Below are positions 41,098 to 50,811 of a stretch of DNA of 64,000 bases, piece after piece; position 1 is the stretch's first letter, and each line of letters starts with the position of its first letter. The stretch comes from Eutreptiella sp. 'Long Island Sound 2002' (lineage: Eukaryota; Protista; Euglenida). The stretch is taken from NCBI GenBank assembly GCA_964036045.1, contig OZ038378.1, positions 25,296,001 through 25,360,000 on the forward strand, read 5' to 3'. The notes below the pieces were generated by a model, which saw nothing but the letters and a program-made list of their open reading frames with translations, ran no database searches and was not told where the DNA came from. Position numbers and translations under genes: made by a program.

Positions 41098-42225
41098 TCA
41101 CTTGCTGGGGCTGGGGCCCTGGCCGTACGTCCGGTTGAGGATGCTCAACGCCCGGTCACATTCCGCAGCTTTCTCCTGCAGCAGAGACTCGGCCTTGACC
41201 CTGCTTGCCTGCGCCTCGCTCCTCGCGTCCTCAGCAGCCTCCAACCGGTCTTCCAGGGCAATCAGTCGTGCCTGCATACTTGCAATGGCTGCCTCGTGCT
41301 TGACCACCTGTTCCCGTGCTTCGCGCTCCTTCTTGGTTGCCTCCTCCGTGGCCCGCTCTGCCGGGGTCTTGCCGCCACTTGTGATCGCCTTCTCAACGGC
41401 ATCGGGCAACACCTCCTTCAACGCCGTGCGCACGACCTCCTGCAACCCAGGTGCCAGCTGCGTGATCACTGTCCCCGTGTCCATTGCCATTGGGCTTGCC
41501 CGCCCCGGACTGCCAGGTACGCGCCGCTTGGAGGGGGAGTCGGGGATGACGGTCCTCTGGGCAGGACGCTTCACGGATCCCCGCGCTGCCCTTTCTGATT
41601 GCTCCGGCTTGACCTCGGCCCCAGGTTGCTGCCACAGTGGCTGAGTACGTTCCTCCGTGCCGGGCTCCTTCTTCACGTGTGAGCGTCCACCCAATTGACC
41701 CTGTTCTTGCCGCTTGCGGTACTTCTCCAGCCAATCGTCAACCGCGTTGTGCACCACCATGGGGACACCGGCATCCCAAACCGTCAGCCTTGCCAGACTC
41801 TTCAGCGTCTTGAAGCCGGTCTGCTCGCTGTACACCAAGAACGACCATGTGTTGCTGGCCTTGGCATGGCCAACAAGGCACAAGTAGTCCGCAACCACGT
41901 ACGTCTTGCCATGTCCTGCATGCCCCTGGGGCAGCTCGGCCAGACTGTCCGTATATGCCACTGGCAACCGCAATTGCAGGGCAGTGGCTGCCTTCCCCTT
42001 CCGGACGGTCAGTGTGCAGTCGCGATACCAGAACCTGCCCCCCTGCCTGGTCACAGGACTGTGCATGCCAGTGATGGTCAGCGTCGATTGCAACACCCAT
42101 GTCGGAGGATCTTGAAGACTTGGTGCTCGCCCAGCCACGGTCCGTGCAGCCTCCAATGGTGCCACTGGCAGTGGGGCCGCCCGCTCCTCCTCATCGACGG
42201 ACTTCAGGACCAGCCGCGGGTACAC
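41098..42225 (-). CDS. Intact 375-aa hypothetical protein with C-terminal coiled coil (probable transposon accessory ORF)
   Basis: Uninterrupted ORF with a globular-looking N-half, an S/P/R-rich linker and an E/A/R heptad-rich C-terminus. Co-oriented with and upstream of the family-A transposase, between inverted CAGGAAG arrays. Confidence 0.7.
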   Translation of the reverse strand: MYPRLVLKSVDEEERAAPLPVAPLEAARTVAGRAPSLQDPPTWVLQSTLTITGMHSPVTRQGGRFWYRDCTLTVRKGKAATALQLRLPVAYTDSLAELPQGHAGHGKTYVVADYLCLVGHAKASNTWSFLVYSEQTGFKTLKSLARLTVWDAGVPMVVHNAVDDWLEKYRKRQEQGQLGGRSHVKKEPGTEERTQPLWQQPGAEVKPEQSERAARGSVKRPAQRTVIPDSPSKRRVPGSPGRASPMAMDTGTVITQLAPGLQEVVRTALKEVLPDAVEKAITSGGKTPAERATEEATKKEREAREQVVKHEAAIASMQARLIALEDRLEAAEDARSEAQASRVKAESLLQEKAAECDRALSILNRTYGQGPSPSK

Positions 42226-42269
42226 GTCGACATCCGCCTGAAGAGAAGTACCGGAAGTACCAGCGACGA

Positions 42270-42535
42270 AAGGGGACAGGAAGTGGTCCAGGAAGGGGGG
42301 TTCTTGCGCAGGAAGGGGGGGGGTTCCTGTGCAGGAAGGGTCCAGGAAGGGTCTAGGAAGGGTCCAGGAAGGGGGGTTCCTGTGCAGGAAGGGGGGGGGT
42401 TCCTGTGCAGGAAGGGGGTTCGTGGGGGGTTCCTGGGATGGTTAATGTGCAGGAAGGGGGGGGTTCATGTGCAGGAAGGAGGTTCTTGGGGGGTTCCTAG
42501 GACAGTTCCTGTCCAGGAAGGGGGGGGGTTCCTGA
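42270..42535. repeat. GGAAGGGGGTTCCTGTGCAGGAAG array
   Basis: Reverse-complement orientation of the 40320 and 31915 arrays. Confidence 0.85.
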
Positions 42536-42964
42536 GTGACATGGACATGCCACAGCCCACACACAGTGCCCAATTGATGCCCTCCAACGGCCCTCCCCTT
42601 GCATTGCCACTGCTGATGACCCTTGGCACGCAGTACTGACCATATATTTGCCCCATTGCATGTTGAACCCCTCCAACCAAAGGCCCTGCGATTCAAAGGG
42701 GACAGAGTGTCAACCTGCTGGCATGCACACCAAAAGGCCTGCTGCTGTGCCACCTTGGTGTTCCGAATGATCGCCCCGGCGGCCATCAACAAGCTCGGGT
42801 CCACGGGTCTTGGTTCGGGTGGTGCCATCTCCATCCGGTACACCAAAACGTCACTGCTCTCCTCGGCACCCCGGGCGAATCCTCCAAAGCGGCCGTTCAC
42901 CACCACCAGAATGCTCCCAGGCGGCGTAACCAACAAGGCGTGGTGTTCCGATCTCGGCCAGGGT

Positions 42965-44350
42965 CCCATAGGACCCCATAGGTCCCCATAGGCCCCCAAA
43001 GGTCCCCATAAACCCCCAAAGGCCCCCAAAGGTCCCCATAGGCCCCCAAAGGTCCCCATAGGCCCCCGAAGGTCCCCATAGGCCCCTATAGGTCCCCATA
43101 GGCCGCCATAGGCCCCCATAGGTCCCCATAGAGCCCCATAGGCCCCCATAGGCCCCCATAGGCCCCCATAGGCCCCCATAGGCCCCCAAAGGTCCCCATA
43201 GGCCCCCAAAGGTCCCCATAGGCCCCTAGAGATCCCCATAGGCCCCCATAGGCCCCCATAGGCGCCCCTTGGCCCCCATAGGTTTCTAAAGGTACCAATC
43301 GGCCCCCATAGTTCCCCATAGACCCCCATAGGCCACCATAGGCCACCACAGGCCGCCATAGGCCCCCATAGGTCCCCATAGACCCCCAAAGGCCCCCATA
43401 GGTCCCCATAGACCCCCATAGGTCCCCATAGGTCCCCGCGTGCCCCCATAGGCCCCCAAAGGTCCCCATAGGCCTCCAAAAGTCCCCATAGGCCCCTATA
43501 GGTCCCCATAGGCCGCCATAGGCCCCCATAGGTCCCCATAGACCCCCAAAGGTCCCCATGGGCCCCCATTGGTCACCATAGGCCCCCATAGGTCCCCATA
43601 GGTCCCCATAGGTCCCCACGTGCCCCCATAGGCCCCCAAAGGTCCCCATAGGCCCCCAAAAGTCCCCATAGGCCCCTATAGGTCCCCATAGGCCGCCATT
43701 GGCCCCCATAGGTCCCCATAGAGCCCCATAGGCCCCCATAGGCCCCCATAGGCCCCCATAGGCCCCCAAAGGTCCCCATAGGCCCCCAAAGGTCCCCATA
43801 GGCCCCTAGAGATCCCCATAGGCCCCCATAGGCCCCCATAGGCCCCCCTTGGCCCCCATAGGCCACCGTAGGCCGCCATAGACCCCCATAGGCGCCCATA
43901 GGCCCCCATAGGTCCCCATAGGCCCCCATAGGTCCCCATAGGTCCCCACGCGCCCCCATAGGTCCCCACGTGCCCCCATAGGCCCCCAAAGGTCCCCATA
44001 GGCCCCCAAAGGTCCCCATAGGCCCCTATAGGTCCCCATAGGCCCCCATAGGCCCCCATAGGCCCCCATTGGCCCCCATAGGTCCCCATAGGTCCCCAAA
44101 GGTGCCAATAGGCCCCCATAGGTCCCCATAGACCCCCATAGGCCACCATAGGTCCCCATAGACCCCCATAGGCCCCCATAGGCCCCCATAGGTCCCCATA
44201 GGCCCCCATAGGTCCCCAAAGGTCGCCAAAGGTCCCCATAGGTCCCCATAGGCCCCCATAGGCCACCATTGGCCCCCATAGGTCCCCATAGAGCCCCATA
44301 GGCCCTCATAGGGCCCCATAGGCCCCCATAGGCCCCCAAAGGTCCCCATA
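42965..44350. repeat. 10-bp minisatellite GG(C/T)CCCCATA (~135 units)
   Basis: Direct inspection. It generates the spurious MGAYGGLWGP ORFs. Confidence 0.97.
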
Positions 44351-44354
44351 AGGC

Positions 44355-44990
44355 CCGGATGGGGTTCCATCAAATATTTGGGGGCTGTACACCCCAAAAA
44401 TATTTGACAGATGGGGTTCCGTCAAATATTTGGGGGCTGTGTACCCCCAAAATATTTGACGGATGGGGTTCCGTCAAATATTTGAGGGCTGTACACCCCT
44501 AAAAAATTTCACGGATGTGGTTCCGTGAAATATTTTGGGGGTGTACAGCCCCCAAATATTTGACGGATGGGGTTCCGTCAAATATTTGGGGGGTCTACAC
44601 CCCCAAAATATTTGACGGGTGGGGTTCCGTCAAATATTTGGGGGCTGTACACCCCAAAAATATTTGATGGATGGGGTTCCGTCAAATATTTGGGGGTCTA
44701 CAGCCCCCAAATATTTCACGGAACCATATCCGTGAAATGTTTTCGGGGTGTAGACCCCCCAAATATTTCACGGATGGGGTTCCGTGAAATATTTGGGGGG
44801 TCTACAGCCCCCAAATATTTGACGGATGGGGTTCCGTCAAATATTTGGGGGCTGTACACCCCAAAAATATTTGACGGATGGGGTTCGGTCAAATATTTGG
44901 GGGCTGTACACCCCCAAAATATTTCACGGAACCACATCCGTGAAATATTTTGGGGGTGTAGACCCCCAAAATATTTCACGGACGGGGTTA
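44355..44990. repeat. ~52-bp hairpin minisatellite (~12 units)
   Basis: Unit GGGGTTCCGTCAAATATTTGGGGG(C/G)T(G/C)TACACCCCCAAAATATTTGACGGAT with stem CCGTCAAATATTT/AAATATTTGACGG. Confidence 0.93.
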
Positions 44991-45279
44991 CACGCAAGAA
45001 TCAATCAAAACGACCGAAAACTAACGCAAACGGAGAGGCGCACACAACCACAACAAGCATACCAAGGGTTCCTTTTGGGCCTTGAACATGCGCTTGAGCA
45101 TGCTTTGCATCGAAGCGGCGTCTAGGCAAAACAAGAGCGAGGGCAGGTGAAGCAAAGGTACAGGGCTAGTGACTTTGGGTGGCCATCAATTGGCCCTTGG
45201 TGCATGGGGCCGTACTCTCAGAGTGGAAGATGAAAATCTCAAAAGCCACCACTCCCAAAGTTGCAACACCACGGTCCCC

Positions 45280-46000
45280 CTCCGATTCCAATTTTGTTGT
45301 GCCAGGCATACCTCCCCCCCCCCCGGGGGGGGGGGGGCATTGTAGGCATGCTTTAGGATGGCGTGGAGGCTCTCAACGACATCCGCGCATCCCGCACCCC
45401 GTCCGACCCCAAGCCGCACCGCCTTAGCCACCGCCCTGGTTAGGACCGCCATAGCCCCTTTGTGCTCTTGAGACCAAACTACCTCCCCATTGGCGTGGCA
45501 TTGAATGCCCTCCAGCGATCCATGCGAGCCCTGACCCGGAACACAGGGCAACACGAAAATGGTTGGCATGCATGGAGACGGGTGCGGGTGACGCTGCTGG
45601 CATTTGCCGCACAAGGGGACTGGGGACGTGGGGCCAGCCAACTCACGGCCCATGTGTACTCAAGCCCCCTTCTTACGTGGAACATCTGCTTCCCGGTGCC
45701 CTTACCAAGGCCGGGCAACAGCAGGAGTGCAAGCACACAAGCATCATCGATCCCGGTGTGCGACAACAACTCCGATGAATCACACAGAAGATGTCCTTGG
45801 AGTTTGAAGACAGGAACATATTGGAGGCCCTTAGAGCACCTCGTGGAACACCCCGTTGCTAAGGTGCCACGCAATGTGCCAGCAAGCCATGTGCAGAGCG
45901 CCGTTCGGGTTCGTCTAGTTGCCTTCAACAGGCGCTGCAACCTCTACGACTACCACAAGCACCCAACACTTTGCCAAGGTACGATTGGCAACAACAATGT
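45280..46000 (-). pseudogene. Family-B transposase C-terminal relic
   Basis: CADVVESLHAILKHAYN matches ADVVESLNAILKKVYN at ~26.0 kb. Confidence 0.65.
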
Positions 46001-46790
46001 GCTTCCGAGGCCGCACGGGAGCACATCCCCAGGCATCAATGCGGGTAGTGCGGCGCAAACTGGGTTGAACATGTATTAAATTCTACCCTTCAAATGTGTG
46101 TGTTATGGCGACTTCCCCCTGCACCTGTATTGGAGTTACCCAAACGCTGGCGGAATTCTGCAATTCACTGGACAGTCGATCGGCCCATGCGCTTTTGCGA
46201 CAAGATAAAATAGACCTGGGCTTGGCGGACGAAGCGCTATATCTTTTGGCAGCCGCAAGGCCCCCACGACATTGCGAGCTGACCTACTTTGAACTCCATG
46301 GACAATGTTACGGTTGAAATGGGTCGGCCTTGGGCCTGCAGGAAATGCGAGTGTGCCTCTAGACCTGTGGTCTCTATGGGCACATCGTGACTTCTTTCGT
46401 GTGGGGGCACACGCAACTTCTTAGCCCCCAATGTGGTGCCTCAAAGCGGCTGTCATGCTAAGTACCCTTTTCCACGATCTTAGGCGTCACAAGTTGCCCA
46501 CCCCCCACCTGGCGCTATGGCCCACGGAAGTCCATGTTGTAATGAGGGGGAAAGTATGTGAAAAGGGGTGTTATTTTTTGGGTACCCAAACCCCCCTGGT
46601 GGCAACATGCAAAAACAAGGTGTGTATTTCAAATATATGCCATTATTTGCATTTCTGGAAACACACAGATTTTCAAAATAATGACATTCAATCACCAAAA
46701 TATAGTGTTGTTTTACATTTAGACCACTGCATTCCAGTGTGTGGGGGGGGGGGGGCTGCCTATTTTTCTCTCCCCTTTGTTCGAGGTTGA

Positions 46791-47858
46791 TCACAGAACC
46801 CCCCTATACACCACAGATGAGGGAACCCCAAACATACCTTTCATTGAAGCACACACTTCCACTTCCTTGAACGTACCCAGTGCGGGATGTAGTCCACGCT
46901 TTTCCATGGCTGCCATGGCGTCTACTGAAGGAAGACCCACAAATTTCACCAAACGCCCAACGCCACCCCACCGTTTGGCAACAGCACTCTGCACAGGAGA
47001 ACATGTGGAACACAGAAGCTGGCCGAAATTTCGGCCAGGTCGATCGACAAAACCGAATTAATACATGAAACACACCACAGTGCCTTCCTCGGCAGTAACA
47101 CCACACTCTTCAAGCATAACAGTAATGTGATGGTACAGGGTGTACTCATTGGCATCCTCATCCTCAAGCCTATCCAGGAGTAGGGACATTCGCTCCGATG
47201 TGGTGGATGCTGAGCCAGCAGTGGTCTGGATTTGATGTAAGCCTGCAAGCCGGCGCCTAGTCCGCAGGGGGCAGTCCTGTTTGACTTCATAACCACCAAA
47301 TACCAGGGTCCAATCCGGAGTCTCCATATTTTTCATCTCAAATTCAGTCTTGTGTTTTTGGGCAGCAGTGTAAACATGCTGACCCCCCAACAGAACCCAG
47401 CGAGTGGCTGTGCAACAGGAATATTCGTAACAGCAGGGTCGAAAATTCAGACGCGAAAACGGTACTATCGAGAAGAATACCACAACACACATACGAGTGA
47501 CTTTATAAAAAAGAAGATCCTGGATGTAATCCACAGGCGGGGCTGCCTTCAGATCGTCGTAGCGGCGTTGCACGCGATCATCCGAAATCCTACGGACCTG
47601 CCCAAATTTTCGGTCGTGGTCGATAATAATCTGATCCCACCGAACCTTTATTTTCGTCGTTGACGTAACCAAGTCGGATAACTTGATGGAGGATGATGAA
47701 TTTTTCTTTGGTGCGGCCTTAGGCTTCTTTTGAAGTCCCTCTGTGCTCGCCTGGTCCTCTTGAGACTGGGATTGCACTTGAGATTGCCCATTGTCTGCTG
47801 CAGGCTCACCATCTGGCGAAACAGCCATGTCCTGCGATACCCCTCCAGGCTCGGTCAT
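46791..47858 (-). CDS. ParB/Sulfiredoxin-fold protein with possible HTH (spliced: 47858-47495, 47407-47076, 46988-46791; ~297 aa, 3-prime end uncertain)
   Basis: GQVRRISDDRVQRRYDDLKAAPP...DLLFYKVT^PTRWVLLGGQHVYTAAQK resembles the ParB N-domain (QPR...l..si...Pi.v...y.ii.G.hR..A). Later STTSERMSLL and TV^SAVAKRWGGVGRLVKFVGLP are reminiscent of the ParB LnpiE helix and HTH region. Removing two GT-AG introns keeps the frame. Confidence 0.75.
46989..47075 (-). other. 87-nt spliceosomal intron 2 containing one palindrome copy (47019-47038)
   Basis: GTGTGT...TCTCCTGTGCAG, phase 0. Joins ORF 47058-47924 to ORF 46791-46994. Confidence 0.75.
47408..47494 (-). other. 87-nt spliceosomal intron 1 of the ParB-like gene
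   Basis: GTATGT...TCCTGTTGCACAG, phase 1. Removal deletes the odd hydrophobic/Cys insert MCVVVFF...CCTA from the ParB core. Confidence 0.8.
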
Positions 47859-47977
47859 AAAATAAAGGGCTACAAGGCAACATTTCATGAAGGGGAGAGT
47901 TCCCAGATAGCAAATAACAAGCACAGATCAACCAAAAAAGGACCAAAACGGACTGCCTGACAGGAAATTCGGATAAC

Positions 47978-48136
47978 CTGGCCGAAATTTCGGCCAGCAC
48001 TGCTCTGCATGTCAAACCACTGTGTACAAATACCATTCTGAGAGGCTGGCCGAAATTTCGGCCAGAACCTTAAGTCATTTGTGTTCTGGGGGTAGCCATA
48101 TGACAAAACAACAAGTCTGGCCGAAATTTCGGCCAG
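47978..48136. promoter_or_regulatory. Array of 3 perfect 20-bp palindromes upstream of the ParB-like gene
   Basis: CTGGCCGAAATTTCGGCCAG at 47978, 48046 and 48117 (period 68, 71) with non-identical spacers. The regulatory or binding role is inferred. Confidence 0.7.
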
Positions 48137-48228
48137 AAAAACACGAAACAGCAAATGGACACACCAAAATCACTGGCAATGCGTGGCAGAACCCATACCA
48201 CAGTGACAAACACAGCTGCAAACAGAAA

Positions 48229-50439
48229 TCAGTCCCAATCCTGGGTATCCACACCGATGTGTTCCGCCTCATCTAGGGCTTCAAAGGAGGCAACGCTGTC
48301 TGCATCACAATCAATATCCTGGTCACTATCACAAGAGTCGACAGCAATGGAATCATCAAGGGCGGGGGGGGGTACTGGGCGGGGGGGGTCCGGGGGGGGT
48401 ACTGGGGGGCCTCTGGCTCGGGGCTTCGGGGGTGGCTTTGGGGGCAAGGCAATTCCACTAGGAGCAGCAGCAGCAGCAGCAGGCGGTGCACGGTTGGCAG
48501 CGCGAATAGAAGCATGTGCAGTACGCAACACCCCTTGCTCGGCAGCAGTGCGGGCAGGTGCATTTGTCTGTAAAAAATCCTCAACACCCTCAGGAACCCT
48601 GGTACGCGCAACCAGATTTTGCATTGCATGCAACAGAACCACTTTTAAACGGTCTGTGGTGATTCGTGTCCTAGACATGGTACCGGGGAACGTCAAATCC
48701 TCAACTGCATCCAGTCTTCTCACCTCAACTTTATAGTCCGGAACGGGAACACAAATGGGCAGGCTCTGTGTATGGGCTGTCAAGATGAATTGTTTAAGAT
48801 TGGCAGAGAACATTGCCACGGATCTCTCAGTCAGCACACCACGCAAAACTTTCTCTCCGGGTTGGACAAGGGGAAGTGTCAGAAATAAATCAGACGACTG
48901 TTGGACACTAGTACAGGCGGTGTTGCGGCGACAGTGGGCTGAGAACCGACTCAGAAGTGCCTCACCCAGCTCCTCAGAGTGGATACACCCTAGGGAGGCG
49001 GAATGCCACTGACTCCAAAACAAAAGAGCAACGGCGGTGGTTTTCACATACTCCGTGGTTAACTGTTCCTCGGGCTTTAGGATGTTCAGCATGAGCAGTA
49101 GGGACATCTCAAGTGCCTGCTTAGCTACAATACCGGAACCTGCCCCCCGTCCCTCCCAGTTGCATTCACGAACCAAAGTCGCAATGCTGAAAGCAGCTGG
49201 ACAGTATGTGTACAGCAAAGCCTTAAGGGCTAATAACATACGCAAACCCTTGCGCTGAATGGGTGTCAAGTCCCGCTGGCTATTGAGCAGGGAAGTGACG
49301 CGCTCATCTAGTCTGCCTCTATTGGACGATGTGGCTAGCATGAGTCCAAGCAACGTCTTCTCCATATGGATGACCTTGACCTTGCGAGGGAGGATAGACC
49401 CAACCTGAAGGCTGTTCCCCTGCTCCAAAAACTTAATGAACGGCAGGAACGCCCTGTAGATCAATTCAACGCAATACTTATAGCTATGCCATACTCCGTA
49501 CACCAAAGGAAAACCCAACAGTAATTGTGGTACATTCCAGGGAACATAAGCAGCACCATAACACAGCTTAAGTGGGGCAAAGTGTATTTTCATGTCCACA
49601 AGCAGCGGAACACAGTGTCTGGTGCGGTGTTCCACACATGACAAATCAACCACGAGTTGCAAAAGCTCTTTGTGTGTGCCGGAGCGGAGCTCAGACAGGA
49701 AAAAGGGTCTCCAGTTGAGGGAACGAACATCTTTTCTGGCAATATCCAAAGGAGCACGAACCCAAACTCTCTGAATACCTTGGTTGGCAACATCAATACG
49801 ATCAAACAATGCTCTGTGTGAGCGAAAGATGTCATCTGCAACCTTTGGTACCCTGGCCTCAATTTCGGCCAGCTCCGGCAGACCCCGGTATGCAGGTAGG
49901 GCAGTAGTGTGCAAAACAGCAACAGCTGTACAGTTTAGGGTTAAGTCGGGTGAATGGGGATCAGCTCCCGACCTGTAACGCCTCAGGTTATCAAACCATA
50001 TACAAACTTGCCTACGGTGCATGGTGTTCCACAAGTTGTGTGCTGCTAGTCCAGCACGATGGTGAATGGACTCCTGCTTAGTGTTACACTGACCAAGGAC
50101 TCCTACCTTACAGCGTTGGCGGCAAGACATAATACCCCAGTTGTAACCAGACCCACAGTTAGAGTATGGGAGGGCCATACGGCGCAGCAGGCAGTATAGG
50201 GCATGGAACTGTGACAAAGATGTCATGTACCATCGTGGGGGCTTCTTCTCGGTGGCGGCGGCCTTCAACTGTGTCAGGGAGTGCCGGCTCCTGCGATTCT
50301 TCCGCAACAAGAGGCAGAATTGCAAAAGCTTTTGCAGAGTCCCACCACGTAATGCATTTCGCAACAGCCCTTTGGCTGTAGTAGCAAAAGCACCAGTAAC
50401 TGCAGCATGTACAACATTGACAGTAATAGCAAAAGACAT
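48229..50439 (-). CDS. Intact 736-aa putative DDE transposase (Academ/DUF6589-like)
   Basis: Motif order WFD150N...LLVD282MK...YGVWH318...SEELGE493A fits the DN / D / G.wH / E pattern of Academ-type RNase H-fold transposases. Pro-rich then acidic tail. Lies between TIRs. Confidence 0.65.
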   Translation of the reverse strand: MSFAITVNVVHAAVTGAFATTAKGLLRNALRGGTLQKLLQFCLLLRKNRRSRHSLTQLKAAATEKKPPRWYMTSLSQFHALYCLLRRMALPYSNCGSGYNWGIMSCRQRCKVGVLGQCNTKQESIHHRAGLAAHNLWNTMHRRQVCIWFDNLRRYRSGADPHSPDLTLNCTAVAVLHTTALPAYRGLPELAEIEARVPKVADDIFRSHRALFDRIDVANQGIQRVWVRAPLDIARKDVRSLNWRPFFLSELRSGTHKELLQLVVDLSCVEHRTRHCVPLLVDMKIHFAPLKLCYGAAYVPWNVPQLLLGFPLVYGVWHSYKYCVELIYRAFLPFIKFLEQGNSLQVGSILPRKVKVIHMEKTLLGLMLATSSNRGRLDERVTSLLNSQRDLTPIQRKGLRMLLALKALLYTYCPAAFSIATLVRECNWEGRGAGSGIVAKQALEMSLLLMLNILKPEEQLTTEYVKTTAVALLFWSQWHSASLGCIHSEELGEALLSRFSAHCRRNTACTSVQQSSDLFLTLPLVQPGEKVLRGVLTERSVAMFSANLKQFILTAHTQSLPICVPVPDYKVEVRRLDAVEDLTFPGTMSRTRITTDRLKVVLLHAMQNLVARTRVPEGVEDFLQTNAPARTAAEQGVLRTAHASIRAANRAPPAAAAAAPSGIALPPKPPPKPRARGPPVPPPDPPRPVPPPALDDSIAVDSCDSDQDIDCDADSVASFEALDEAEHIGVDTQDWD

Positions 50440-50510
50440 TAATGCTGAGACAAGAAAACAGTTATGTAGGAGTGTATGGTGTAATACTCATGAACAACGA
50501 CAATTGCAAG

Positions 50511-50811
50511 CTGGCCGAAATTTCGGCCAGGTGTGTTCAAAGGGGAAATAATTGCTTACATGTTCAAAAATAGGAAAAGCTGGCCGAAATTTCGGCCAGA
50601 CGGCCCAAAAACCAGAATATAAGTGCTTGAATAGTGAACAGACCAAAAAGCTGGCCGAAATTTCGGCCAGCCCTAAGAAAAATGAAATTAATCATGCCTA
50701 TTCACCAAGAAACCAAAAAGCTGGCCGAAATTTCGGCCAGAAGGGTCAAAAACTGCATATACACATAGTTGTTTGCAATGTTACCCAAAACCTGGCCGAA
50801 ATTTCGGCCAG
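50511..50811. promoter_or_regulatory. Array of 5 perfect 20-bp palindromes upstream of the transposase
   Basis: Copies at 50511, 50580, 50651, 50721 and 50792 (period 69, 71, 70, 71) with 49-51-bp distinct, A-tract-bearing spacers. The role is inferred. Confidence 0.7.

Noticed and set aside
31715-42568. Possible termini for the composite family-A element (TGTGG at 31715 / CCACA at 42554, or CACAGTG at 42562)
   Set aside because: No matching TIR or TSD could be shown, so the ends remain undefined.
40832-42639. Plus-strand ORFs of 270 and 314 aa
   Set aside because: Antisense shadows of the 375-aa minus-strand ORF and the repeat array.
42442-44397. Long MGAYGGLWGP ORFs
   Set aside because: Translation artefacts of the 10-bp minisatellite, open in several frames.
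46100-46337. Candidate fourth exon of the ParB-like gene (GPRPTHFNRN...)
   Set aside because: It lies outside the TIR/TSD boundary at 46478, so it cannot belong to the element-borne gene.
50511-50811. Calling the palindrome array a true CRISPR
   Set aside because: The repeat is only 20 bp and fully palindromic, there are no cas genes, the context is eukaryotic and intron-containing, and the spacers share positional A-tracts. Kept as a binding-site-type array.
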